Assembly: GCA_963693015.1 (NCBI GenBank)
Contig: OY843748.1
Location: 3,200,395 to 3,264,394, forward strand
DNA from: a bacterium
GTDB lineage: Bacteria > JAAXHH01
Direction of reading: 5' to 3'
Length of the DNA stretch: 64,000 nt
Below the pieces are notes generated by a model. The model worked only from the letters and a program-made list of their open reading frames with translations. It had not been told where the DNA came from and ran no database searches. Positions 1 to 14,219 of the stretch are shown piece by piece (the stretch's first letter is position 1; every line of letters starts with the position of its first letter). Position numbers and translations under genes: made by a program.

Positions 1-2
1 GC

Positions 3-206
3 CCCATTCACTTCGCCGGCGAGCACGCATCGGGTCATCGGGGCTGGATGCAGGGCGCCTTCGAGTCGGGCCTGCGGGCTGCCAAGGAGATCGATGCGAC
101 GGTGACCGGGGAGCGCGCCTCACGCGCGACCGTGGCCATCCCGCGGCGGCAGATGTTGCGCCGTATTGCGGGCATCCCGAATGTGCCGGAATGGCTGTTG
201 CCCTGA
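3..206 (+). CDS. Flavin-containing amine oxidase, C-terminal fragment (gene enters from upstream of window)
   Basis: Frame 3 translates PIHFAGEHASGHRGWMQGAFESGLRAAKEIDATV... to a TGA at 204-206. This is the typical C-terminal FAD-binding segment of amine oxidases / protoporphyrinogen oxidase-like enzymes. Confidence 0.7.
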   Translation, partial: PIHFAGEHASGHRGWMQGAFESGLRAAKEIDATVTGERASRATVAIPRRQMLRRIAGIPNVPEWLLP

Positions 207-340
207 GCCGTCACCGCTGAGCCGTCTCAAGGTGAGTGTGTGCCGTAAAAAAGGTAAGCGCGAACCGGCCCGCGCCCGAGGCGCCGGCGCCGATCAATAC
301 ATTGCTTCATATCATGAAAACACTTGTTTGACCGATCGGT

Positions 341-544
341 TCATTCTTCTTGGGTGTCCGATCGCTGCAAATCATCGGCCGTAATCACCCGCCGGGCCGG
401 ATAGCGCACGTACTTCCGTCCCGAATCGGCTTGTTGTTCTCTGACTTGCCTGAAGATCTTCTTGAGGTCGTATCCGCACTGAGCGGCAAGTTCGTCCCGT
501 ATGGCACGAACTTCTGCCACGATAGGATCATCTTTCATCGTCAA
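341..544 (-). CDS. Small hypothetical protein (65-67 aa) downstream of the PIN remnant; possible toxin-antitoxin partner
   Basis: ORF MTMKDDPIVAEVRAIRDELAAQCGYDLKKIFRQVREQQ... with a TTG/ATG start. It overlaps the 3' end of the PIN-like ORF. No family recognised. Confidence 0.35.
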   Translation of the reverse strand: MTMKDDPIVAEVRAIRDELAAQCGYDLKKIFRQVREQQADSGRKYVRYPARRVITADDLQRSDTQEE

Positions 545-881
545 TGTCCTCCATCAGTTCTTCAGGGGTACAGATTACAGGAGATTCGAGACCAGCCTGC
601 CGACAGACGGATTCAATGCTCAACCGTGTCGCCGCGTTGGCGATATGTCGGAAATTCCAGGTGACAAGATACTCGATTCCGTTGACCGCGGCGATGGCGA
701 CGTGCAAGGCGTCTCGCGTCGCGACTTCAGGCAGGGCGCCGGCTTCTAACAGGTTTTCGGCCAATTCCAAGGCCTCCTCGGTAGCGCAAGAGACGCAAGT
801 GAAGCCAGCATGACGGTACGGTCGCCGGCCGCGCTGTCAGATAGCTGATGACCGTAGTCTCGACGTACACACGTGGTTTCA
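528..881 (-). pseudogene. PIN-domain (VapC-like) toxin, frameshifted
   Basis: The N-terminal MKPRVYVETTVISYLTARP (ATG at about 881) is in one frame. The C-terminal half (...DALHVAIAAVNGIEYLVTWNFRHIAN..., ORF 528-770) is in another frame, with a stop at 837-839 between them. Both halves match conserved PIN motifs. Confidence 0.55.
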
Positions 882-1202
882 TCTTGTATCCACCCATTCA
901 CCCCCGAAACACCTTCATCCCCTCGTCTCCCAGGTGATTGATTACCTTCACCGCGGTCCGGCAAGGTAATTGATCATAAACGTACGAACGAACATGATCG
1001 GCAAGACAGCCTGTTTCGCGAGGGCGTTCAAAAAGAAGGCGCACCAACCGGTCCAATCGTTATCTCGAGATACCGCCAGCAGCCTTTCATAGTATTCTTC
1101 CCTGTGAGCCTCGAAATACTCGCTTATTTAGAAATCGGGATGATTGATAATCTTGCGTCTAAAGAGGAGGCAATTACATCGAAAGGCAAACAAGATTGGA
1201 TT

Positions 1203-1745
1203 TTATAAATCAAAGTTGGCTTTCAGGTAGTCGGTGAGGGCGTCTTCCACCCGGTCGCGTATGGCATTGCGCACGAAGCCGGTGGACTTTGTGTTGTCTT
1301 TACCGTACGTCCCAATACTGCCGTATCGGTATGGATTATGGTACATCAAAAACCGTTGCGTCTCGCCCGATCGTTCTATCGAAACGTATTCAGCGAATCC
1401 TACGTTTACACAGTATAGAAACGGTGGTTCTTCATCGCGGTCACAAAGCACTTCGACCCTTAACCAAAAGCCGGATTTCGCCGACCTGGCTAAACCAGCC
1501 ACAAAGGCCGTACTCCGCTTCAGGCGCGCCCGCACAAGCAATCCGTCAATCATCTCGTCGATAGACTTCTTCGTAAAAGGACACTTCCCGTACTGTTTGT
1601 AATCAACATGTAACGTGTTGGGGTTTTCCACCTTCAACGGCGACGGGAGGTTCTCAGTCTGCCCAGATATAGTTTCTGAGTAACCCAAGAACGTGGCTAC
1701 CAGTAGCATCATGGATAGAAGTGATAAACCGCTTTTCTGTTTCAT
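1203..1745 (-). CDS. Secreted hypothetical protein (signal peptide) in a low-GC islet
   Basis: 180-aa ORF with an N-terminal hydrophobic signal (MKQKSGLSLLSMMLLVATFLG). AT-rich relative to its surroundings. Lies 47 nt downstream of the 380-aa gene. Confidence 0.5.
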   Translation of the reverse strand: MKQKSGLSLLSMMLLVATFLGYSETISGQTENLPSPLKVENPNTLHVDYKQYGKCPFTKKSIDEMIDGLLVRARLKRSTAFVAGLARSAKSGFWLRVEVLCDRDEEPPFLYCVNVGFAEYVSIERSGETQRFLMYHNPYRYGSIGTYGKDNTKSTGFVRNAIRDRVEDALTDYLKANFDL

Positions 1746-1792
1746 TCACGTTCTCCTTGTACCTTTAGAACGGTTAATTTTGGATTTTCTAC

Positions 1793-2935
1793 TCATTCCA
1801 GGCCTGTGTGCTTCCGGGCCAGATAGCTGGCAAAGGATGCGCAGGCGCCCAGCATGAACACCGCTTCGTCCATACCCACATCGGCGTCGTCTAGGTCCAG
1901 TCGCGCGTGACGAATGCCCTGTTCGTCCGAAGTGTATCCATACAGGTTGCTGAACGCTTTCTTAAGCGCCGGGTGGAGTCTGCCATGCTTCTCAATCGAC
2001 GCGAGGGCTGGTTCTAGTGTTTTCTTGGCGTGTTTTTGGGTGCCATCGGGGTCGAACTGTCGCGCCACGGACTCCACAGCGTGTATGCTTTCCCGGACGC
2101 TATCGGCCCAGTCACCTCGGTTGATGCACTCGGAGGCTGCTCGGAGGTGGGTCGTGCCGGCGTCCAAACCGTTCTGGCGTAGCGTCTGTAACGAACAGAC
2201 GATGGCGTTTCCTTCTTCTTCAGTCACGGCCGGTATGATGGTTGGCGGAGTTTCCATATCTATAGTATAAGCCAATCTACAATCAGCAAACACCTGCTTC
2301 ATCGAGGCAATGACCTCACTCGGGCACTTTGGGTGTCGTAGGATGTATTGAACCATATCAAAGACTTTGTGGAACGGAAGCGTTTCTAAGGAACGTTTTA
2401 GTTCACCGGTAACATGGTTAAATCCACTATTCAACTCATCTAGGGGCTCTTCTCCACGACGGGTATATCTCAGTTGTTGTATGCGGTTATGTATCTGGTT
2501 CTTCCACTTATCCAAAGGACGATTATCGTGATAGATATGCTTGTCTTTTAAAGCTACTTCCCAGTCTCCACCGATTATGTATCCTAAAGTATCACCCAGA
2601 TTAACAACAGGCACTCTGGACTGCTCGATTGAAGCGTAGAGAACATTGTATATCCTCGTCCTCGCATTTTCAGGCAACTCTTTCAGCTTCAGCACCCCGG
2701 GTATGTCTTCGTAACCTCGGGCCTGCGAAAAACTCAAGCTTCTCGGATCACGAACTGCCTCTGCCGTTCCGTTCTCACCAGGTTTCTCACCTGCATGTTC
2801 CTTCGCCGTCGTGGACATGGCAACTTCTACGGCCCGCTGACGTGCGCGCTTAGCAGCTCTGTGCATGGCGGCCTCAGCACCGATGAAATCCGGGTCGCGC
2901 GATGTTTTATCTGGCTTCAGGCTCTCTGAACTCAT
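1793..2935 (-). CDS. Hypothetical 380-aa protein translationally coupled to a zeta-like kinase (disordered N-terminus, helical C-terminal domain; possible Abi/HEPN-like effector or antitoxin)
   Basis: Long ORF whose ATG overlaps the stop of the upstream kinase gene (ATGA, 2932-2935). Lower GC. No canonical Rx4-6H motif was found. Confidence 0.55.
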   Translation of the reverse strand: MSSESLKPDKTSRDPDFIGAEAAMHRAAKRARQRAVEVAMSTTAKEHAGEKPGENGTAEAVRDPRSLSFSQARGYEDIPGVLKLKELPENARTRIYNVLYASIEQSRVPVVNLGDTLGYIIGGDWEVALKDKHIYHDNRPLDKWKNQIHNRIQQLRYTRRGEEPLDELNSGFNHVTGELKRSLETLPFHKVFDMVQYILRHPKCPSEVIASMKQVFADCRLAYTIDMETPPTIIPAVTEEEGNAIVCSLQTLRQNGLDAGTTHLRAASECINRGDWADSVRESIHAVESVARQFDPDGTQKHAKKTLEPALASIEKHGRLHPALKKAFSNLYGYTSDEQGIRHARLDLDDADVGMDEAVFMLGACASFASYLARKHTGLE

Positions 2936-3462
2936 CTCTGACTCATCTCCTCCAGCAGTTTCGGCTCATCACCTGAATTGTCGTATAAAGCCCATTCATC
3001 GACGAGGTCGCGATAAACCTGCACGAAGTTGTTCCATCCGGCATCGAAACGTCTGCGAATCACCGACTCGGGCACGTCGTGCCCTCCTTCGGATACACGC
3101 TGTGCAACGCGGGCGACTGCTGCTTCAGGGTTCGGCAAACGGAGGAAGAACAGCTTGATACGATAACCTTGATCCTGCCAGCGTTTAATCCAACGGGCAT
3201 AGCCGCGTCCACTCAACGTCGTCTCGAAGGCGAAACTGTGGCCTTTATGTACATGGTCGTGAATCTGTCTCAACATCATCCGGCCAGCCTGTACAGTGAT
3301 CGTGTTCGGGCGAAACGGATTCAGTCCTGCCGCGATGAGATCAGCGTTGACGAAGATGGGACAATTCGCCTCGTTGGGCAGAAATTCGGTAGCGAACGTC
3401 GTCTTGCCCGCACCGTTCGGACCGGCAATCACGAATATCTTCTTTTCGGTCGAGTTCGACAA
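2932..3462 (-). CDS. Zeta-toxin-family P-loop kinase (short, 176 aa)
   Basis: Walker A motif IAGPNGAGKTT. C-terminal ...GGHDVPESVIRRRF motif, which I recall as characteristic of zeta/PezT-type kinases. Confidence 0.7.
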   Translation of the reverse strand: MSNSTEKKIFVIAGPNGAGKTTFATEFLPNEANCPIFVNADLIAAGLNPFRPNTITVQAGRMMLRQIHDHVHKGHSFAFETTLSGRGYARWIKRWQDQGYRIKLFFLRLPNPEAAVARVAQRVSEGGHDVPESVIRRRFDAGWNNFVQVYRDLVDEWALYDNSGDEPKLLEEMSQR

Positions 3463-3798
3463 ACGCTGGCCAAATCCTGTCAGGTCTCTACTTACTACCT
3501 CGAGGTTACTGATCCTATAGGCTTGTCGTTAGTTCCTCATGTCGTTCGCCCTGCTGCAGTTCTGAGCGTCCGGTACGAAACCCACGGTTAATTTAAGTTT
3601 TTCACCTGGTTTGTCAATTCTGTCAACCGGTCTCCTTGCAGCGGACCGACCCGCTTTCTGACCTTGGTAAATGCGGATCGCCCCGCTTCCTGATACTGGA
3701 TCTTGCTGAACGAAAGCTGTTCCGCACTATCGTATCATACTCGTCTGTATCGTCGGCTCTAAATGTGATGTTCTTCACGATCAAATCCTCTTCATGAC

Positions 3799-3840
3799 TT
3801 GACTTTACCGCCAGTATGATATATTGTCATACCTGGGAGG
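3799..3840 (+). promoter_or_regulatory. Putative mazEF promoter/operator (TTGACT, AT-rich -10, imperfect palindrome TATGATATATTGTCATA, RBS GGGAGG)
   Basis: A sigma70-like hexamer and a palindrome lie immediately upstream of the mazE ATG at 3850. MazE-type antitoxins autoregulate at such palindromes. Confidence 0.35.
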
Positions 3841-3849
3841 TTCCCCACT

Positions 3850-4089
3850 ATGAAATCCAAGATCGCTATCACATTGGACGAGGAAATCGTCGAGCAACTC
3901 GACTATCTGGTTATGCAGCAGTCATACAAAAACAGAAGCCAGGCGATTGAAGAAGCCGTGTTAGAAAAGCTCCATCGACTCAAGCGGAGCCGTCTGGCAC
4001 GGGAATGCGCTAAACTGGAACCTGTTGTGGAGCAGGAGTTGGCTGAAGAAGGACTCCGGGAGGACATGGATATTTGGCCCGAATATTGA
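3850..4089 (+). CDS. mazE: MazE/CopG-like ribbon-helix-helix antitoxin
   Basis: 79-aa product MKSKIAITLDEEIVEQLDYL... with an RHH-type N-terminus. Overlaps the mazF start. Confidence 0.75.
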   Translation: MKSKIAITLDEEIVEQLDYLVMQQSYKNRSQAIEEAVLEKLHRLKRSRLARECAKLEPVVEQELAEEGLREDMDIWPEY

Positions 4090-4412
4090 GGGGAGAAATC
4101 CGCTGGGCCGACCTGAGTCCCACCCGAGGCCAGGAACAGGCTGGTCGACGCCCCGTACTTATCCTGAGCCATGAAGTCTTCAACCAGCGTTCCGGTACGG
4201 TAATCGCCATGGCGATCACAGGGCAGCCTCAACGAGCGGGTTTCCCGTTGACGCTCCCTCTGGATTCGAAAGATCTGCCCAGGCAATCCTGGGTCAAGAT
4301 CGGACAGATTCGAACCCTTTCGGTAGACCGAATCGGTCAAGTCCTGGGTCATTCAACCCCGGAAGAAATGGAACGGACCATCGAAGGGTTGTACGAAATC
4401 ATTGGACCTTGA
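4074..4412 (+). CDS. mazF: MazF/PemK family endoribonuclease toxin
   Basis: LRGEIRWADLSPTRGQEQAGRRPVLILS matches the MazF/PemK N-terminal signature (RGDIYxxDLxPxxGxEQxxxRPxLVxS). Confidence 0.85.
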   Translation: MARILRGEIRWADLSPTRGQEQAGRRPVLILSHEVFNQRSGTVIAMAITGQPQRAGFPLTLPLDSKDLPRQSWVKIGQIRTLSVDRIGQVLGHSTPEEMERTIEGLYEIIGP

Positions 4413-4461
4413 CGCGTCCGCTTCCCTCTTCTACATTTCCGTGTGACAAATCAAGACGTGA

Positions 4462-5331
4462 TTGGCTGCCAAGCCCGGAGGCCCCATGTTCACCCCGGCT
4501 CAAATCGATCATTACAACCGTGAAGGCTACGTCGTCTATCCGGATTTCATATCCGGGGACGGCCTGGCTTCGCTGAAGGCGGAAATAGATCGGGTATCGG
4601 AAGGCAATACGAAGGCAAGTCACGACGCCGCGCGCATGGAGATGGAGCCGAACCAGGCACCGGACGGCACGCTGGTACGCCGCATCTACGAACCGTGCAC
4701 GTACTACGATGCCTTCAGGGATTTCTCGGAATCGACCGCCCTGCTGGACTGCGTCGAACAGCTGTTCGGTCCGAACCTGCTCTTCCACTACAGCAAGATC
4801 AATATGAAGCCGCAGAACATCGGGTCCGTCGTGGAATGGCACCAGGACCTGTCGTACTACCCTCTGACCAACCGCGATTCGGTGTCCATCCTCTTCTACC
4901 TCGACGACACTTCCGAGGAGAACGGCTGCCTGAAGGTCATTCCGCGGCGCCACACGGAAGCGCTGATGAGCCACAGCACCGAGGGGTTCTTCCGGGGCAA
5001 GGTCACCGAAGAGGTGGACGACTCGGAGGCCGTGCTGCTGGAGGGCACCGGGGGCACGGCGATCTTCATGAGCGCCATGACGCCCCACGCGTCGGCCATC
5101 AACTCGTCGGACCGTCCGCGGAAGACGCTCATCCTGAGCTACCGTGCGGCCGACGCCTTCCCCATCCACTGCGGGGTCATGTCGGACAAGGTCGAGGCGC
5201 ACAGCCGGCTGGTCCGCGGCGAACGGGCGTCCCAGGCCCGCTTCACCATGACGGATTTCCCCGTTCCGCGCTATGAAGACGAGGTCGCGTCGCTGTACGA
5301 TCTGCAGGAGAGGTCGAGGAAATCGGCGTGA
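4462..5331 (+). CDS. Phytanoyl-CoA dioxygenase (PhyH) family Fe(II)/2-oxoglutarate oxygenase
   Basis: HQD...H-containing product with PhyH-like regions (WHQDLSYYP, TPHAS). The start may instead be the internal ATG at 4486. Confidence 0.8.
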   Translation: MAAKPGGPMFTPAQIDHYNREGYVVYPDFISGDGLASLKAEIDRVSEGNTKASHDAARMEMEPNQAPDGTLVRRIYEPCTYYDAFRDFSESTALLDCVEQLFGPNLLFHYSKINMKPQNIGSVVEWHQDLSYYPLTNRDSVSILFYLDDTSEENGCLKVIPRRHTEALMSHSTEGFFRGKVTEEVDDSEAVLLEGTGGTAIFMSAMTPHASAINSSDRPRKTLILSYRAADAFPIHCGVMSDKVEAHSRLVRGERASQARFTMTDFPVPRYEDEVASLYDLQERSRKSA

Positions 5332-5410
5332 CGGAGGCGTGACAAGGGGTGTCGAACGGGTGGGATAGCTCCGGGCGGTCCTGATCCCGCGTAATTTCGC
5401 TAATTAAAGC

Positions 5411-6907
5411 CTACGGCAGATCCGTGCTCCCCATGAGGTAGCGGTCCACTTCCCGCGCGGCGCCCCGGCCTTCGTGGATGGCCCAGACCACCAGGCTCTG
5501 GCCGCGGCGGGCGTCGCCGGCCGCGAAGACGTGCTCCACGTTCGTGGCGTATTTCCCGTATTCGGCCCGGGCGTTTGACCGGGCGTCGCGCTCTACTTCG
5601 AGCTGCTCGATAACCGGATCCTCGGGCCCCGAAAACCCCATCGCCAGGAGGACGAGGTCGGCGGGCCATTCCTGTTCCGTACCCTTTTTGGGGCTGAAGG
5701 GCGCCCCGTTGCCGGGCACCGACCAGTCGAGGTCGATGGTGCGCAGGGCCTTGATCCTGCCGTGTCCGTCGTCGATGAATTCGACGGTGCTGGTGTCGTA
5801 GCGCCTGGGATCGTCGCCGAAGAGGGCCTTGCCTTCTTCCTGGCCGTAGTCGAGCTTGTAGACCACCGGCCACTGGGGCCAGGGGTTGTTCGTCGCGCGT
5901 TCGAGCGGCGGTTTCGGGATCACGTCGAACTGGTTGATGGTCCTGCAGCCGTGGCGGAGGGCCGTGCCCACGCAGTCGGTGCCCGTATCGCCGCCGCCCA
6001 GGACGATCACGTGCCTGTCCTTCGCCGAGATGTAGTTTCCGTCCGCGTGCCCGGTATCCAGCAGGCTTTTCGTGTTCGCGTGGAGGAACTCCATGGCGAA
6101 GTGGACGCCGTCCAGGCCGCGCCCCGGCGCGTTGCGGACGAAGTCGTTGGGCCTGGTGGCGCCGGTGCAGATGACCACCGCGTCGTGCTCGTTCCCCAGG
6201 TCCGCGGCGGGCAGGTCCTTCCCGATCTCCACGCCCGTCACGAACTCCACGCCCTCGGCCGTCATCTGGTCGAGACGGCGCTGGACGACCTTCACCTTGT
6301 CGAGCTTCATGTTCGGGATGCCGTACATCAGCAGGCCGCCGGGCCGGTCGGCCCGTTCGTAGACCGTCACGCTGTGGCCGGCGCGGTTGAGCTGGGCGGC
6401 GCAGGCCAGGCCGGCGGGCCCGGAACCGATGACGGCGACCTTCTTGCCGGTCCGCTGATCGGGCGGCTCGGGCCGGATCCAGCCTTCCTCGAATCCGCGG
6501 TCGACGATGGCGCACTCGATGGTCTTGATGGTCACCGGGTTGGCGTTGATGCCGAGGACGCAGGATCCCTCGCAGGGCGCGGGGCAGACGCGGCCGGTGA
6601 ATTCCGGGAAGTTGTTGGTCTTGTGGAGTTGCTGGAGGGCTTCCTTCCAGTGGTTCCGGTAGACGAGGTCGTTCCAGTCGGGGATGAGGTTGTTCAGGGG
6701 GCAGCCCGAGGCGCCGGGTCCCTTCCCCATCGGCACGCCGGTGTGGCAGAAGGGGATGCCGCAGTCCATGCAACGGGCGCCCTGCTCCCGCAACGAATCC
6801 TCCGCCATGGGGAGGACGAATTCTTCCCAGTCGCCGACGCGTTCGACGGGGTCACGGTAGCCCGCGGTCCCCCGCTCGTATTCCATGAAGCCGGTGGTTT
6901 TGCCCAT
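5411..6907 (-). CDS. gltD: Glutamate synthase (NADPH) small subunit
   Basis: Product contains the FeS cysteine clusters and the FAD/NAD motif [17 protein letters not shown]. The likely start is [10 protein letters not shown] at 6907 (the ORF is open to 6985). Confidence 0.93.
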   Translation of the reverse strand: MGKTTGFMEYERGTAGYRDPVERVGDWEEFVLPMAEDSLREQGARCMDCGIPFCHTGVPMGKGPGASGCPLNNLIPDWNDLVYRNHWKEALQQLHKTNNFPEFTGRVCPAPCEGSCVLGINANPVTIKTIECAIVDRGFEEGWIRPEPPDQRTGKKVAVIGSGPAGLACAAQLNRAGHSVTVYERADRPGGLLMYGIPNMKLDKVKVVQRRLDQMTAEGVEFVTGVEIGKDLPAADLGNEHDAVVICTGATRPNDFVRNAPGRGLDGVHFAMEFLHANTKSLLDTGHADGNYISAKDRHVIVLGGGDTGTDCVGTALRHGCRTINQFDVIPKPPLERATNNPWPQWPVVYKLDYGQEEGKALFGDDPRRYDTSTVEFIDDGHGRIKALRTIDLDWSVPGNGAPFSPKKGTEQEWPADLVLLAMGFSGPEDPVIEQLEVERDARSNARAEYGKYATNVEHVFAAGDARRGQSLVVWAIHEGRGAAREVDRYLMGSTDLP

Positions 6908-6968
6908 AACTAATTCTGGTTTACTTACCCCTTGCCGCCGTTTACGCCCACGGGGACCGTTTCGCGCC

Positions 6969-11576
<4,608 letters not shown>

Positions 11577-11855
11577 ATGAAAATGGCCCTTCAATCGCAC
11601 CCTTTCGGTTGCGAAAACAGAATAAAGGAACGCGTTTTCCAGGTGCTCGCTTCAAACCGGAGTACTGGAATCCCGTTGATTTGCAATAACAGACACGGTT
11701 ACTTGAAGGAGGAAAAGAGAGGATAGTCCGTTATGCGCACTTTTACCAAATTCCGGTTGAAACCCTGTATATAACCCGCGCGATCAACAAAGTAAAGTAG
11801 AAAATGGCGCCCGGTGCGTGGATTCTCACTATTTACTACCATCAATTCATGAACT

Positions 11856-12809
11856 TCACCAGGCGTAGGCTTCCGGTGCAGGACCTCCAACGCCTACCCC
11901 CGGGAAAACGCCATCCAGTTTGTCGAGTAGCTCCTGGCAAAGGGACAACTCGGCAGCTCTTGCAAGTTGCTGTAACTGTTCAACGGTGCGTGGACCGACA
12001 ATAGGCGCGGTCACAACCGGATTACGTAACAGCCAGGCCAGCGATACCTCTGCCTGTGAATGTCCACGTTCCCGACACAGATGGCCGTAGGCTTCCAGTT
12101 TCTCGCGATATCGCCCGTGCCATTCATGATAAATCAGGTCTGAACGCCGGCCATTTGAAGCAGTGGGCGCATTGCCTGCCAGCAGACCGCTGCAAAGAGG
12201 GCTCCAGGGGAGGATGCCCACCCCATACGAAGCGCACGCGGGGATTACTTCCAGCTCAATGGTACGTTGCAGCAGGTTGTAGACGCTTTGTTCTGATACG
12301 AACCCCTTGAAACCCCGGCGTTTGGCCGCTTCGTTGCCCTGGACGATTCGCCATGCGGCAAAATTGGCGCTCCCCACGTTCAAGACGCTGCCGGACTTCA
12401 CAAGTTGTTCCGACGCCTGCCAGATCTCATCCCACGGTGTATTGCACCAATGATCAAACTGAACAAGATCGATATGGTCGGTCCTGAGGCGTCTCAGACT
12501 GTTTTCACAGGACTGACGAATCTGATCATTGGAATATGGACTTGAATCCGGTTCCGATGTCTCGTTTCGCGCAAACGTGGCCAGCACCACCTGTTCGCGT
12601 CGCCGTTTATCCTGTGACAACCAGTGCCCAATCAGTTCCTGCAGACTCGCTCCGCCTATGTTAAAGAAATTGATACCCAGATCGAGCGCCTCATCCAGAA
12701 TCGAAATCGCATCCTCCTCACCTGTCATCCTATGCACATAGAGGTTTTCAAGTCCTAAACAGAACCGGCTCACCTGCTGTCTGCCATCGCCTAATTGGGT
12801 ATACTGCAT
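11856..12809 (-). CDS. Aldo/keto reductase family oxidoreductase
   Basis: 317-aa product with AKR-type motifs (LGINFFNIGGAS..., IPWSPL). Confidence 0.85.
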   Translation of the reverse strand: MQYTQLGDGRQQVSRFCLGLENLYVHRMTGEEDAISILDEALDLGINFFNIGGASLQELIGHWLSQDKRRREQVVLATFARNETSEPDSSPYSNDQIRQSCENSLRRLRTDHIDLVQFDHWCNTPWDEIWQASEQLVKSGSVLNVGSANFAAWRIVQGNEAAKRRGFKGFVSEQSVYNLLQRTIELEVIPACASYGVGILPWSPLCSGLLAGNAPTASNGRRSDLIYHEWHGRYREKLEAYGHLCRERGHSQAEVSLAWLLRNPVVTAPIVGPRTVEQLQQLARAAELSLCQELLDKLDGVFPGVGVGGPAPEAYAW

Positions 12810-12913
12810 AAGTCTTCCTGTGCGTGTCGGGTTTACGGTGTTGCTTGTTCAAACGAAATCGACGTATAACTTGAATCTATGCTCAATCTATGCTCAATCG
12901 GAGAAGGTTACAA

Positions 12914-14101
12914 GTGACCATCCGTTCCATCACCGACCTTGAACTGCGCGGCCGTCGCGTGCTCGTTCGTGTCGACTACAACGTGCCGCTCGACGAAGCT
13001 GGTCACATCACTGACGACACGCGCATCCGGGCTTCGTTGCCCACGCTCCGGCATATCCTGGACCACGGCGGCCGGGCTATTCTGATGAGCCACCTCGGCC
13101 GGCCGAAGGGGGTGACGGAAGACCTGCGTTTGAAACCGGTGGCGGACCGGCTGGCCGAACTCCTTGAACGACCCGTCGGCTACGTGCGGGAGACGGTAGG
13201 TCCTGTCGTGGAGCGCGCGGTGGAAGCGCTGAAGGACGGCGAATGCCTGCTGCTGGAAAACGTTCGTTTTGACGACGGGGAGACTCGAAACGACGCCGAC
13301 TTCGCGCGCGGCCTGGCTGCCCTGGGAGACGTCTACGTCAACGACGCCTTCGGCACGGCCCACCGTGCCCACGCGTCCACCGAGGGGGTGGTGCGGCTCA
13401 TTCCCGAACGCGCGGCCGGGTTCCTCATGCAGAAGGAACTGGACTATCTTTCGGGTGCGATCGAAAATCCGCAGGGGAAGCTGGTCGTCGTGCTCGGCGG
13501 GGCCAAGGTGTCGGACAAGATCGGGGCGACGCGCCGGTTCATCGAGATCGCCGACGCCCTGATCATCGGGGGTGGCATGGCCTATACCTTTCTTGCGAGC
13601 CGGGGCGAGGCTATCGGGAAGAGCCTGCTGGAGGAAGATCGGCTGGATTTCGCGGCCGAGATCCTCGAAAGGGCTTCGGTGCTGGGCAAACCCCTGCTAC
13701 TGCCGACAGATCATGTCGTGGCCTTATCGCTAGATCCGTCAGCGGAAACGCGGCAGGTCCACCGGATCCCCAACGGATCGATGGGACTCGACATCGGGCC
13801 TGAGTCCCGGAGGCAGTTCGCCGAGGCAATTCGCGGAGCGGGGACCATACTCTGGAACGGCCCCATGGGGGTTTTTGAAATGGAGGCTCTCGCGGAAGGA
13901 ACGGCGGCGGTTGCCGGCGCGATCGCGGAAGCCACCAGCCGGGGCGCCGTATCCATCATCGGCGGCGGCGATACGGCGGCGGCCGTCAATGCCCTGGGGC
14001 TCGCGGACCGCATGAGCCACGTATCCACCGGTGGCGGCGCGTCCCTGGAACTGCTGGAGGGCAAGGTGCTGCCAGGGGTTAGCGTACTGGAAGAGAGTTG
14101 A
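12914..14101 (+). CDS. pgk: Phosphoglycerate kinase
   Basis: TIRSITDLELRGRRVLVRVDYNVPLD is the classic PGK N-terminus; the hinge and ATP-binding motifs follow. The likely start is the GTG at 12914 after GGAGAAGG; the ORF is open from the ATG at 12890. Confidence 0.93.
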   Translation: MTIRSITDLELRGRRVLVRVDYNVPLDEAGHITDDTRIRASLPTLRHILDHGGRAILMSHLGRPKGVTEDLRLKPVADRLAELLERPVGYVRETVGPVVERAVEALKDGECLLLENVRFDDGETRNDADFARGLAALGDVYVNDAFGTAHRAHASTEGVVRLIPERAAGFLMQKELDYLSGAIENPQGKLVVVLGGAKVSDKIGATRRFIEIADALIIGGGMAYTFLASRGEAIGKSLLEEDRLDFAAEILERASVLGKPLLLPTDHVVALSLDPSAETRQVHRIPNGSMGLDIGPESRRQFAEAIRGAGTILWNGPMGVFEMEALAEGTAAVAGAIAEATSRGAVSIIGGGDTAAAVNALGLADRMSHVSTGGGASLELLEGKVLPGVSVLEES

Positions 14102-14219
14102 TGTGCCCGTCGCCAAATCTGGCGGGCATCGGCGTACTGGATGGATGAATCTTGGATGAATTCCGCCGGATCGGAGGCCGAAAGCCGGTGTCCGACGGTC
14201 CGAAGGCTGACAACAAGCA

